From NCBI RefSeq assembly GCF_036321535.1, contig NC_087456.1, positions 10,044,001-10,108,000 on the forward strand: a stretch of 64,000 nucleotides of DNA, given 5' to 3'. The notes beneath the pieces were generated by a model. It was not told where the DNA came from. It saw nothing but the letters and a program-made list of their open reading frames with translations, and did not search any database. The position numbers were made by a program, and so were the translations under genes. Of this stretch, positions 23,652 through 36,679 are shown one piece after another. Within the stretch, counting starts at the first letter, position 1, and the number at the start of each line of letters is the position of its first letter. The DNA is from Camelus dromedarius (lineage: Eukaryota).

Positions 23652-24324
23652 AAAAGCCCTATTTGGTAAAGTTAAGAAACATACTTTTAAATAGGTCAAA
23701 GAACAAATCATAATAAAAGTTTTTAAATATTTTGAACAAAAAAATTAATAACAAAATTATGTATATATTATGATGCGGGATGAAGCTAATGGACTATATA
23801 GAAATGTATAGCTGTAATTATTCATATTAGAAAAAACAGAAATAGAAATGAAAAAATTGAAAATCAATTAGCTAAGCATCTCTCAGAAGAAATTCTAATA
23901 AAAACACCAAAATAAACTCGAGTAACATAGAGGGAAAAAAATAATATAGATAAGACTGAAACTTAATTTTAAAATATATTTTTAAAAGAATGAAGTTATT
24001 TATGTACTCTTTTGGAATGATGTCCAAGACATACGGTTAAGAAAACATTTAAAATAAACGTTGTATACAGTCTACTATCATTTGTGTAAAAGGGATACAT
24101 TTATATTTTGAGAATTTTCAGTGCTTCTACCCTTTATAATTTCTGAGTTTTAAACAAAATGCAAGTTACATTTTTTTTAAAAATTGAGTAAATAACATTT
24201 TTTAAAAATGATCAGCTGAAGCTCTCAAAAGGAAAGGAACTGGAGGAAGGCAGACGCATGAATACCTCATTCAAATATAAGGAAGACGCCATTGCCCACT
24301 CATTTTCTGATCTGAAGTGAATGG

Positions 24325-24560
24325 GTGAGCAGCACTGGTGATGCTGGAGATGGAAGGATTAGCACTGGAGGTGGTGAAGGTGCTGGGGGTGGAGGTGGTA
24401 GTGGGAGCAGTGTGGTGATGAAGGTGACGGTAGGAGTGATTATAGTGGCATTGGAGGTGAAGTTGGAAATGAAGGAGGTAAGGGAGATGGAAGTGATGGC
24501 AGAGGTGGTAGTGAAGTTGGTGCTGGAGGGAGTGGTTATCTTCTGGTCAGGGTTGTGGTA
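24325..24560. repeat. Degenerate (GGT/GAT/GGA)n trinucleotide tract
   Basis: ggtggtgaaggtgctgggggtggaggtggtagt...; explains the overlapping low-complexity ORFs on both strands. Confidence 0.8.
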
Positions 24561-25599
24561 GTTAAAATTCTTGGAGTTATTCAAATAGGCCATAGAGATT
24601 CTATTGGCCAAACATTCTAGGCAATAGATAAGCCTTATTCATCAATATGAGCCAGAAAATATGAGAAGCATGATTACATCACTCCAGCTGAGGTTGAGAT
24701 CACCACACGCTCTCTCTTCTTTGCTTTGTGTTCTGTTCACATCCCTAAAATTCAGGATGCTCTTAAGTTGCCAGTCAGTGTTGAATTGATTGTCAGTGGG
24801 CTGAGAAATAACTGATCGTATGGACATTGGCCACATAATATAAGGATTTGAGAAGAGGTGAGCTGTAAGACACTACTTGTGACCGCCATCGGGACCACAG
24901 AATCCAAGAGCAGTTACCAAAGGATAGTCAGTCATTTTATGCCTTGGGTACCATCTGCTATGTGTTTGAACAAGGCGATGCCCATGTTGTCCAAAGTAAA
25001 CCTGAGAATGGATCTTTAGAGGTGAAGGGCAGGTCCCCAGATAATTTATAGTGAGGACATATGATGAAATTGCTAGGAAGGGAAATAATTAGTAACCTCA
25101 AGAGAAAAGCAAAAACCCTGTAAAGATCCCAGAGGTTTTACTATTCCTTCTCCCCCTTGGAGACCCACCAGCTCCAGGTCAGAGGTGACGTGCCTGAGTG
25201 GGTTCCCTTCCCCAGGGAAGAGATTGCCTCCTGAGAAACAGCATCCCTGTACATGACCCAGCAGCTTCAATTTCCCTCTAATCAGGCCCCTTAATTGGTC
25301 CAAGCTGAGGGGGCTGATTGCTCAAAGACTTTAAAAATGGTGGATGAAAAGCAAAAAACCCTAGAATTGCATTTTATCCACATTCAATCAATCATTTTTC
25401 ATGCTGCACCTCCCATAATCCCCACTTAGGCAACAACACAGGAGCCCTCTGATTACCTCACTGGATTCCACTGAATGCTCAGAAATTTCTCAAAATCAAA
25501 TTATCTTAATTCACTTTTACTTAGAGAGAAATTCAGAGGCTGCATTCTACATGGTGGTGTTAAGAGGAGAAGTGTAGCCATAAGCACTGAACAAACAAT

Positions 25600-25680
25600 A
25601 TGAAGAAAGAAGGAAAGAAAGGAAGGTGGGAAGGAAGGGTGAAGGGAGGGAGAGGAAAAAGAGAAAAGATAAAGAAAGTG
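25600..25680. repeat. (GGAA/GAAA)-rich purine tract
   Basis: gaagaaagaaggaaagaaaggaaggtgggaaggaagg. Confidence 0.8.
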
Positions 25681-26891
25681 AATGTCCCAAAGATCTGGGA
25701 CTTACTACCTTAGGAAAGCATTAGTTAAGAAAAATTTTCCTGCCCCTTATTAATTTGAAGGCAAAATGAGAACTGTGTGAAAAGTCGAAACTGAACAGGT
25801 CCCGTCTACACAGGACTAAGTTCTCTCAGGAGCAAAGGTGAGTGACATTTACTGCTTCAAGAGGATCTTATTATCATTAACAGCATTATTGTTATTCCAA
25901 CTACTTCCTGGAAGCTTCTTTAACATCACAAAACTCCCTGAAAGTGGCTTCTGCCTTCTTGGGTCCTTTCAGTGTCCTTTAGGCTTCCTTTGCATTATAA
26001 TACACAGGCTAACAATGCCGTGATTTTCCCCCATTGAAACGTACCCTCTCCTCACCCCTAAAAATAGACTAGTGTGATTATTGAGTAGGTCTGGATGCTT
26101 TGTGCTTCATCTTTTCTTGCTGTAACTAGACAGCCCTTTCTTATTCTTATGATAACTGAAACATTTGAACCATCATTGTCCTACAGAGGAGCTGATCTTA
26201 GAGCAATTGTGCTTTGTACCACTCGTCCCCTTTGGGAGCAAGATTGGTTTTAAAATAATGACTTCTCTAGCAGTTTATTACCAGCCTGGAGTCATTTTCA
26301 CACCTCAGAAGTGAAGGCTTAATGAGCAGAGAAATTAAAGAGTAAAACTCTGCTTAGTGTCTCCTTAAATGGTGGCATTTTGGCAGCTCAGGAGAAGCTT
26401 CCAAAGAGGAGCCGCATCACAATCACCTTGTTCTCCAAATGACCTTTAGGTAATGAACCTCAAAGTTTCCTCCTCCCCTCCCCACAACCCCACCCCTTTA
26501 CTTTTCCATCCTGGAGGAGATGTGCCCCAGGAAGAGCAGGTGGTAGATAATGGAGTTGTGTGGGCATAATGAGTTCACTGGCACAGTGCTGGAAGTACAG
26601 TGATGGCTCAATAAAACCTTCCTGAGTAGTGACTGCACACTCCCAGACCCTCCCCATTACAGCATCTCCTACCAAAAGTTGCAAGTTCCCAGGCATCCTT
26701 TAAAAACATGCTCAAATGCCATTTGTTCTTATAACCTTTTCATAACTCTCCCCATATGTCCTCCCTCTTCAGGGTATTTATGTCAATTATGTACACATAT
26801 TATTGTGTTATAATAGTCTATTTACATGTCTGCCTTTCCCATGAAGCCTTGCATTCTGCAAGGATGTTGCCAAAAGATCATCCCCCGTCCC

Positions 26892-27457
26892 TGAGGAGCC
26901 AAATAACACAGAGACTGGGTCTTGGAGCTTGGAAGGAAAGAGGCAGCTTTATTACTGTGCCAGGCAAAGAGGACCCACAGCAGACAGGACTTCAAAACTG
27001 TGAGCCCACCTTGGGGATGGGGGAGGATGGTTATACAGCCATAGCTCAAACAATAGAGCATTGATAACAATCAACAGAATCATTTTCTTATCAGAAGACT
27101 TAGAATGGCGTCCTATAACTCCAGGCAACCAAGTCTGTAGAGGCCAGCGGTTGTCAGTTTTTCGATCTCTTTATCTCATAAGCTCTCAAGGTGTGGTCTT
27201 CCTGGTGTTTAGTCTACTTGGTAAGGTTACAGTCCTGTGACCTTCTTCCTGGAGATTGACTCAGAGTCCAAGCATGATTATAGCTTTTGATCACTGGAAT
27301 AAAGTAGAAACAGTAAGACCAATAGCTTTAGTTTTAACAGTGGCCCTTGAACTGTGAGTAGCAACTGGTCAGTCAGGTCAGTTGACCGTTTTAAGGGCGA
27401 GCATAAGAATAAACAACCTGTTAGCCTAAGTGCGGGGATCTTATTAATCCTCCTTCA
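26892..27457 (-). mobile_element. ERV1-type solo LTR
   Basis: TG...CA termini (tgaggag...ccttca); 'cagctttattact' gives AATAAA on the minus strand; no TSD identified. Confidence 0.7.
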
Positions 27458-27561
27458 AGGACAGTGACCAAGCAGTGTTCATTTTTACATCCGTAATGTC
27501 CATTACAATCCTTAGCAAATGTAAGAACTTGGTAAATATTTGGTGAGTGAATAAATGATTG

Positions 27562-28197
27562 TGAGGCGGCAGGGCACAGCCACTCAAGGAATGATAGCAA
27601 TTTAACACCAAAATGGTGGAAAATCCAACTCCCAGTTGGCCTTGAGGATTAAGATGGCAGGAGGTTTGACTTCTAGTAGACCTTGAGCTTCATTATGTGC
27701 TCATTGTAACATACAAGCATGATAAATAACATGCCCGCAGGTGCCATGACAGTCCCAAGGATAACTGCAAAAGGCCCAAGAATGGGCGGTGGCCCAGGTT
27801 CTGGGAATCCCAGCCCCTTCCCCAGGGTAGCTGGAATGGTCCCCCCTATAGGCACGTGAAGCCACCAAGCCAATAAAAACTGACACCACCACGCCTAGCC
27901 ACCCTTTTTTCACTCCTTCCCCTTTGGAGATGGCTGCACTCTGTCTACGGAATGTGTACCTACTTTTATTTAACCTGAGCACCTAATTCCCACACCTCTT
28001 TCCTTGCCTTTCTCTTACCTAACACTCTACACAGTAAGTATCTCTCTAATAAATGTACCTTTACTCAACTGTGGCTCACACTTGAATTCTTTTCTGTGTG
28101 AAGCCAAGGACCCACACTTGGTGGGGCACATCCCAGGGGCTCAACCAAGACCTGGGACACGGCCCTTCTCGTGCCCCACATCCATCTTCCTGCATCA
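27562..28197 (+). mobile_element. MER41-like ERV1 solo LTR
   Basis: TG...CA termini, 4-bp TSD ATTG, MER41-type core 'aagatggc...gagcttcattatgtgctcattgtaa...gccatgacagt', GAS TTCTGGGAA at 27799-27807, AATAAA. Confidence 0.88.
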
Positions 28198-28239
28198 ATT
28201 GGACAATTCCAATGATTCTTTTCAAATGAATAATAGTAC

Positions 28240-28785
28240 TGTTACCGAGGCTGTTGCCCCAGACTTACTCTTATCTAAGTTTCAGAAGGAAGCTGCAAAG
28301 GGAAAAAAAATAACTGATTAGAACTAACCAGGTCCAAGATGGCGGAAGATTTGATTTCCAGTAGACCTTGGGCTTCACTAGATGCTCACTGTAATACATT
28401 AGCATGCTAAATGACACGTCCGCCAGCACCATGACAGTTGGTGGTTGCCACGACAACCACTGGAAAAGCCCATGCAAGGACTGAAAAGGAGAGTTTCATC
28501 AGCTCAAGGTCCAAAGCACACCCCTGTTCTCAAATAACTTATGAATATCCCTCCTCCTCTGACCAGTTGCCTTCCTTTTACACTGACCCTCCTGTATATT
28601 TGATGTCTTTGCCGGAATTGGGGTGAGAAGTTGATTTGCAAACAAGGCTCCCGAGTCTCCATTCTTTGGCCATTGAATGAAGCTTGCACTGTTCCAGTCT
28701 TAGCATTGGTTTTGTTACTGGCTGCACAAATCCAATCAGAAAAAGAGCCTCTGTAGCCAAGACAGGGTTGACCAATTTGGTAACA
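28240..28785 (+). mobile_element. MER41-related ERV1 solo LTR, different subfamily
   Basis: Terminal inverted repeat tgttacc...ggtaaca; core 'ccaagatggcggaagatttg...cattagcatgctaaatgacacg...ccatgacagtt'. Confidence 0.8.
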
Positions 28786-31700
28786 GGATCAGGGATTTTG
28801 ATTCAAAATAAAGGAATAAAGACCAGTAGGTAGATGTGAGGACTGACTTCTCTGCACATGAATGCCATGGTGAGGTTAGAGAAGAAAGAGGATTTGCCAG
28901 TCCACATACAGCCTCTTGAGTGAAACTTTCTCTATCACTGATTAAAAACAGATACCCTGGTGGGCACTTAGGCAAATCTATTAGCTTTCCCACCTGGCCT
29001 GGAAAGATCAAAGATCTCATGTTTGGATGGTCTTTCTCTCATAACATCTGTAATCTTTGGGGATCTGTTTCTGGCTATGAAATCTGCTATGAGGGTATGA
29101 GCAAATTACCCAGACTAGCCAAGTCAAATTAATGAAGCAGTAGAAATCAGTCTATCTCAGTAGCTGCCGAATCAGCGTCTGTCTGCCTAATTGCATATTT
29201 TGCTTGGTTGAATTTGAGGCTCTTACTGATATTTGGAGCAGTTTTTTGCCTGTCTGTTAATATTGGTAGTAAGAGTGCTGGATTTTAATTTCTAGCTCTT
29301 TCATTTATTTCCTCTTTGTGGTAGGGAAAGCCAGAGAGGGAACAAATGAAGAGAAAATGGCTGTTTAGGGGTGAGAGGGAGCATTGGATGAGGAAGGGAA
29401 ATAAATACAGGAATATGAGAGCTCTGTTCCCTAGAGGACTCGGGAAGGCTGAGATCTCTTCAAGATGATCGGCAGCCAATGCTATTAATAGGCGTGGAGA
29501 GCATTTCCACGCAGTCCCAGGCTCCACATGTTTGTCAAGTAGGGCTTATTGTCACCAGAGGCAGGAGATTCACCCCCTCCTCTGCAGTACGTATGAGAAA
29601 TGAGGCTGATTGCTTTAGAAAAGCCAATGGAATTAAGCTGGTGTTTACTGCTTCACAAAGGAATAGTGGACAGATTACCTAGCTAGACCATATTGGGTGG
29701 AATTGTTAGTTGAAAGTGACAACCAGGCCTGTAATTTACACTGCACTTTGGAAATTTAAGCTGGGAGGCTCGGAGCTCTCAATCGTGTGTTGTGAAGCTT
29801 CTTTTGTACTTCTGGCTCATTTTGTGCTGGGAATCATTTAGCCATTGACTTTAACTGCTAATACAGTTCCATCAAATACCAAGTATAAATCAAAATTACT
29901 GGATCATTCAAAATCTGTCCTCAGAGTTGTTTATATGTATTTTTTTTCCACCATTACTTCAGTATAGTTACAAGAGAAGCTGCTAAATTATGATATATTG
30001 TGCATGCCATCTTACTGGAGCCTCTTGCAAATAAGACATAATCCATGACAAATTCTTTTTCTAGTTATACAAAACATAAATAATGATAATAAAAAGGGAA
30101 TCAAACTGATGAAAGATGAGGAGGAGATAGAGGAGAGATGTTTCAAATAAATTACTCTTCTCTTAGTCTTGGCAATTGGTGGGAAAGACGAAGGAGGAAT
30201 TTTAAAACTAACTTCACCACACAAGGGCCTAAACTCTTTTCTGCCCAGCCTACTAGAGAGCAGGAGAGGACCTTCACGTACATCACTTTTTGTTTGAAGC
30301 TGGATCTGCTAACTTTTAGCCTTCTATACAGACTCTCCAGGCATCATTTGTAAAATCATTCCACCCAAAGAAATATTTGGTGTATGCAAATCATCAGGGA
30401 TCACGAAGATAACAGGGGGGAAGGCCCAGCCTGGTTCACTAGTATTCATTACATGTCAAGAGACCTCAGTTGGTAAAAATCACTGGAGTATTTAATCTGA
30501 GCAAATCTGCCATCCTGCCTGAACCTTTGTTTTATGGCTTTTTAAATCGCAGTTCAAAGGATAGATGGATAAATAAATTAGCGTTAGATTTATCCACAGT
30601 GGAGTAAGAAATACTGTGGCAAGAAGAAATCGTTAATGTCTTCACACAGTCTCCCTGCCTTTCACCACTTTTACCTCTAAAATTTTCCGCAGACGTGTCT
30701 GGAGAATTATAAAACCCACCTACAAATGTTAACAACGCCTTGTTAATTGAAGGCCCTACTCCAATTTTCTACTTAAATCATTATTTTCTCCCTTTGTGCC
30801 CAAGATATATTTTGCAGGTCTGTGTAATATTAGAAGACATAAAGAAAGCAACAAATCAAAAAAAAAAAAAAAATCCCATCTCAAGCCATCATGGTCATTA
30901 ATCTTACATTAGCTCAGCAAAATAAAAGATTTGGAAGTGGGCATTTATCAAATTATACTTTCCCCTGACTGGTATTACAATATAGACATAAGGCTGATAG
31001 ATGAGGCACAAACTGAGCTCTCCAAGAGTAGCATCAAAAAGACCATTCAAATCACATCATAATAACAAGACTTTTTTTTTTTTTTTCCAGATTCCAGAAC
31101 TTAGGAACGTCTGTTTTGAAGAAGGTTTTAGAAAACGTTATGAGTCTTGTAAATTTGGATTGTCACTGCTGTATCCTCCTAGGTGTCGATAATCAGCCAT
31201 GATCACAGGATGTTGTCTCTCCAGGGCCCCAGATCAAATCAGCAAAGCAGTTTAGAAATCCAGAGAGAGAGAAGATCCTTTGCAATTAAGAGTGTTCTGC
31301 TCATTTATAGAATCAAATTTTCCAGGAACACAGCTTAGTATAAACCATGTTTCATGAGCATTTCAACATAATATAACAAACACAAGCTTTTCAATGAAGC
31401 AGATAGCGGAGCAATTTGTACTAGCAGATGGTTCACCCTGGGATCAGAGCAATTATCTCCTTACTCTATACACAGGGGTAGCCAAAGAGTCAACAGTTGA
31501 CTATTCAAAGCAACTTAGCAATACAAGTGAATGTCTGAGCTATTAAAACAAACAGGGTTTGCATTCTCCCCTCTCTACAACCAAGTCCTAAAGAATGTTC
31601 TGAAGAATAAAAGGTGATTGCTTATCTGTATGTGCATGGTCACCCTGCTGAGTTATCTCAGAGAACTGGACCCAGAAAATGTGAGAACTCAGAAGACTGC

Positions 31701-33039
31701 TCATCATTCTGCCACCCTGGAAGGCGGCCTCTTTCTTGGGACCACTACCCTAGGAAAATGACTGTTCTTCCCTCTTTTATCTTTCCACTTTGTCATCCTG
31801 AATCTCCAGACAAATCAAATTGCCCTACCTAAAACAAGTCAACAATTACCAAAACAAAGATTGCAATTCACACTTCCAGTGGGGAAGAGATAAGAAACTG
31901 TTGATCATTTTCTGATATGCAACTATAGGAATGGAGCCAGGGTACCCAAACTGGCTAAAAAGATGTTTACTGGGGGAAAAAAAATGGCTGAATACGGAAA
32001 ACAGATATATAACCTTTGCTAGATCAAAATACTAGTTCAAATTACCTAAGTTATAAATACTTCTATCCATTCTCCTGAGTTGTGGTATAAACGCTCCCAA
32101 GCTTTGAAAATTTACCTAACTTTGGCAGAGGGAATCACAATATAAACATGGAATAAAACATATTATGTATGGGCTTAGTCACTTTTGTATACCTAAGTAA
32201 AACAAAAGCTAGAAATAAAATTCAACAAACAACAGTTGGTGGTAGAGGGTTGGATGTGGAGGAAACTTATAAATCGAGCCACTATACAGATTGGAGAGTT
32301 ATAGGGAGACAGCCACCCAGGAAAAACTTAACACAAAGAGATGATCACAGAATTTATGACTTGGAAAAACAAAATAAATGTAAGAAGATGGCTAGTAATG
32401 GAAAACCAAGGGAGCAGGGACATTCAGAAAGTTGAAGACTGGATTCCATGTATGTCTTGGAGATGCCGGCCAGAAACTAGGCATTCATCCCCAGGGAAAC
32501 ACAAAGAGGTGATCCTTAGTCTGCAGTGCAGATGAAAACCAAGGAAGAATTAAGAAATAATAGAGGCTACCCTAAAATCCTGAACATTACCTTCTGCAGA
32601 GTGTTTTTGGATTCAACAGCTCCAGAAGCCTATAAATCACCACCAGGTATGAACTTCTGCCCTAAGATGAGCACTGTGGTTTACGTGCCCCACAGTTGAC
32701 TGAGCAGGCCTGAAGTGCGTTTTCTATTAGGAGGAAGGCCTCCTTCAAGAAATATTTAAGGGTAAGTTTATATAGAGACAAGTGAGGCCTGGCTTGAGAA
32801 CTCCCTTGGCCTTGGAGACTGACAATTTTATTACCTCCTACAAGACAGTTTGCTGAAGGAGTGTTTCACCCTCTGATTTCTTCTCAAAGCAATGTCAGTC
32901 ACTCCGAGATCTCTATGTCTACCCAGGTCCCAATGAGAAAAACAAGAACAAGAATAATGACAAAAATTTAAAATTTTATTTTTGAAACATTGTTTAAAAA
33001 CATTTAGACACCAAACGCCAAGCATAGTATTGATTACTT

Positions 33040-33125
33040 TGAAGGTATTTAATTGAATCCTCATTACACTCTATGAGATAGGTCTTATTGTCCCCATTTT
33101 CCATACAAAGAAACTGAGGCCATTA
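33040..33125 (-). mobile_element. MIR fragment
   Basis: 'tgtccccattttccatacaaagaaactgaggc'. Confidence 0.6.
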
Positions 33126-35577
33126 TTTTATTTTTTGGATTCCAGACTAAAACTCTGACTATCCTTTTGATATGTTTTTATTATTTGAACCAAGAATTAT
33201 TTTGTCACTATGAGATCATCCAGAGAGACCATTTTGCCTTTTCACAATTAACTTTTATTTAAGCTATAATAATTTAGCTCAAGAATATTCAGGACAAGAA
33301 ACCGTATCAAGATATAGGTAACAGGATGGAGATGAAAAGGGTGAGAAAAGGGAAGAAGGTTGTCCAAGCATCTCTGGTGATTATGTTTAACTGATAATGT
33401 GGGGTTTTGGCTAAGGGGATAAGTTTTTTGACCCTATCTGTTGTAATGACAGCAATAAAGAAAACAACATAAGCAAAACCAAAATATATTTGTAGTAGAA
33501 GGGCTTGCTATGTGCCATTCATTGTTCTAAGGGCTCAGTGTAAGTCATGTAATAAATTAACTCATTCACAAGAATTAATGAAGCACTCTCATACAATTAT
33601 CATTTCTATGTTCTTTTTTTTAACACAGCTGTGAAGAATTTGCCATACAATTAAATAGCAATAATTTATTTTTTTAAGAACAAACATATTAATGGTTGTA
33701 AAGATCTGAAGTGCAAGTTTCAAGCATTTTTTACACTAGAATTATAGGTTTTACTTTTTCAGCCACTCTAGGCAAAATGATTTATTTTGTTCTTTATTTT
33801 TCTGTTGAGTGAGAGATGTATCAGCCAATTTATTGTACGAGACTAGAAACTTTGAATTTGAACCTGCCCTGTTTTCTACTTTTAAATTCTGTTATTTAGA
33901 GACATCCCTGTACCTATTTCAAAAGGGTTCAGGTGGTCCTGACATAAGCTTATTTAATGATTTCAAAAGCATCAGGCATTAGGTTTTCTTGCCAACTCAC
34001 TAACTCTCTTCCTTGTAATGATATTGGTAAAAAAGTACAACAGATGCTTAACAGCTGGCTCATGAACTTCAACATCTCAGCCATTTCTTGGCACCACGGT
34101 CAATGCTTTTTCCCAAAAACCAATTCTAATTGGCTAGCATTGTACATCTCTTGGGCTGGAAGTCTTAAATACACTACCTAGTTATCGATTTCCAAATTAA
34201 ATGGTTCCACGCAATAAGTGGTAGATAGTTAGGCACTTACAGTCCAGCTTTGCTTTATTTTCCATGAGCATAACTTGCAGGTGATAGGACTGTCCCCTAA
34301 TTAGTTAGCCTGCAAAGTGTCATTTCTCTCCTAAATTTTATCCGACAGTATAATTTTTTTATGGTTGAGTTGTAAAACCTTTGAAAATAGGGTTTTATAA
34401 TAGGAAGCGACAAATCCAAGCTCAGTGCAACCATCTGCTTTTAATAAATATGTATGCCTTTCCCCCTGCAAACCCTGACATTTTCTTCCTGTGACCCAAG
34501 GTCAATCAATCAGAGAAAGAGAGGGGATGATCATTTAAAAGAGACTGTTAGTAAATAAGCACAATGAAAAAATAGTTATAAATGGGGTGTATTTATCTCT
34601 GAGAAACAGCACTGCCAGAACCTCCTTTCCAGCATGCTTTTCTAATATCTACTACTGTCTTCATTATGAGCTCCCACATCATGGTGGGCTTTTTAGGACC
34701 AGGAACAGGGACACACACAGGCGGCAAACTCCTCACTACATATGGCAACATTGAATATTGAGAGTTTTGAATGACAATTACACGCATTCATCTTAATTTG
34801 GGGGGGCCATCTGGTCTGTACAAGCTGCTGGGATTTCAAAACTCAATGAAGATCGATATTGCCCACGAGGCTGAAGCCTTCAAGCAGACCAAGGGCAAAT
34901 GTGCTAGGTCCAAAACACAAAATCCTTTTTTCAAATCGTGATGTCACCTGATTTGCTAATAATTATGTTACATTTAATTCAATAATTTTGTATTTTAGAA
35001 TCAGAGTGCCAAGATCCATCAACATTTGGTTTCTACCTTGTTCCCTTGAGGAGACTGACAGAGCTGGGGCCATCATTAGAGGTTCTATTTCATAATTGGA
35101 TTTGTTTTGTTTCTTTCAGAAATCTGTTTTGAGTACTATGGAGAGACATTTTGGTGTGCCATGCAATGAACTAGTGAAGGAGGCAGCGAGCTGTCACCCA
35201 GAAACTTCTTTAAAGGATAGCCAGAGTGGTCTTTGCTCCATTTCCTGAAAGATTTGAGGACAGATAAAACAGGAGTGGAGATTAAAACTGAGTCTCCCCT
35301 CCCCCAAAATAAAACAGGTTCCAATCCCTGTTCTTCTCAAGACTGAGGACTCTCAAAGGACAGGGGAGAACCATACATAACCAAGCAGGACTCTTTGGAG
35401 CCTTTCTTGGACAGACGCCTCCCCATATCCTCTGCTGTAGTGCCCAGATAATAGTAACCAAAAATGGCTTTCCTCACACTAAAGCACAATCTAGCGTGAC
35501 TCTAAATTGCATACGTTTCTCTCTTCCTTAGAGCATTCACCCTCCGCCTTAAGAACCCTTTGTTCCAGGCTCAGGAA

Positions 35578-35963
35578 TGTTCGGAAATGTGACTCACTAA
35601 CTCCTGGGGCAGAAGAAGACACCAGACCAAGGCCCATTGCAGGAGGGGGACACGGTCTGATAACCACAGAAACAAGAGGCCTGTCTCCGGGTTTTCCTGA
35701 AGCCCGTGTAGCTGTGTCAGGGAGGGAAGAATGCAGCCCCTGCTTGTTCACAAGTGTTTATCTAAAGCTCTGTTCCTTGGATTCTCACTAGAAAATCCCC
35801 TGCCACCTCTCCCCAGGTCGGGTTTGCAGTTCTTGAGGCACTAGCATACTCTTATCCCCTTTCGCCTGGAAAAGAAATGAAGCTGTTCTTTTCTGCTTCA
35901 CCCAAAACTCTGTCTCTGGATTTCAGTTCAGTGCTGGGGCACAGAGGCCTGGGTTCGAAAACA
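35578..35963 (+). mobile_element. ERV1-type solo LTR
   Basis: tgttcg...cgaaaaca termini; U5-like 'aaagctgttcttttctgcttcacccaaaactctgtctct' region; no TSD confirmed. Confidence 0.65.
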
Positions 35964-36679
35964 CTAGAAATAGAAATAAAGGGACAGGAGCTGAGATGTG
36001 CCAAGTGAGCAAGTTAGGAAATAAAATGTAAACTCTTAGTTATGAAAGAACTCACATATGCTGTTCTCAAAATGAAATTTATACTGGGAGATGGAGAGAA
36101 AGATATAAATACAGATTTGGATATGTAGAGAAAATGATTATCTTTACGTCAAATAGAAAAACTTAATGGATGTGAGGATGAGGCAAGGAAACAGAGTGAA
36201 GAGTATACTTTCTGCTTTAAGATTTTACCTTTTTATGTCTATCTATAAAATTTTGCCTCCAATCTTCTAATTTTGAGAAACGGATCACAATTTTATGCTT
36301 GTTGGATAGAGGTAAGTGAGGTATTGTGACTTTAAGATAGTTATTCAGAAATCACTGTTACTTGTCATCATAAAATTTAGATTTTTTTTTTTCAAATCCG
36401 AAGAACATTTATTCAAATGTTCCTTCCTAGTTCCACCAGGCAAAGCAATTCAGCTGTTTTGCTCCCCCAGAGTCTCTAGCACATGAAGGAGTACCTGGCA
36501 GGCACTCAGTACATATTTGTTAAATAAATGAACATTCCTGCCTTTCAAATTTATATTCATTCTTAAAGGATGCGCCTTCACTCGTTCTTTCACTAAGCTC
36601 TCTCCGACCACCCCCATCCCTGCTGAAGCCGGCACGTCTCTCCTCCAAACTCCCGCAGCTCCATATGTGCCTTTCTCTT

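Larger units (their letters stand above)
19890..24300 (+). mobile_element. Composite old L1M relic: 5' regions, ORF1 remnant (~22250-22800), ORF2 endonuclease remnant (~22880-23950)
   Basis: ORF1 motifs 'atatttgaagcaataatgactgagaacttcccaaaattaatg...cagatctaggaagcccagagaacacc'; endonuclease motifs 'gttctctgacaacaatgtaatttagcta'; many stops and frameshifts. Confidence 0.8.

Noticed and set aside
24300-24611. Thr/Pro-rich mucin-like ORF (-) and Gly/Val-rich ORF (+)
   Set aside because: Both come from a degenerate GGT/GAT trinucleotide repeat; no splice or promoter support
34800-34910. Codon-like stretch LYKLLGFQNSMKIDIAHEAEAFKQTKGKCA
   Set aside because: No convincing acceptor or donor, and no recognisable homology
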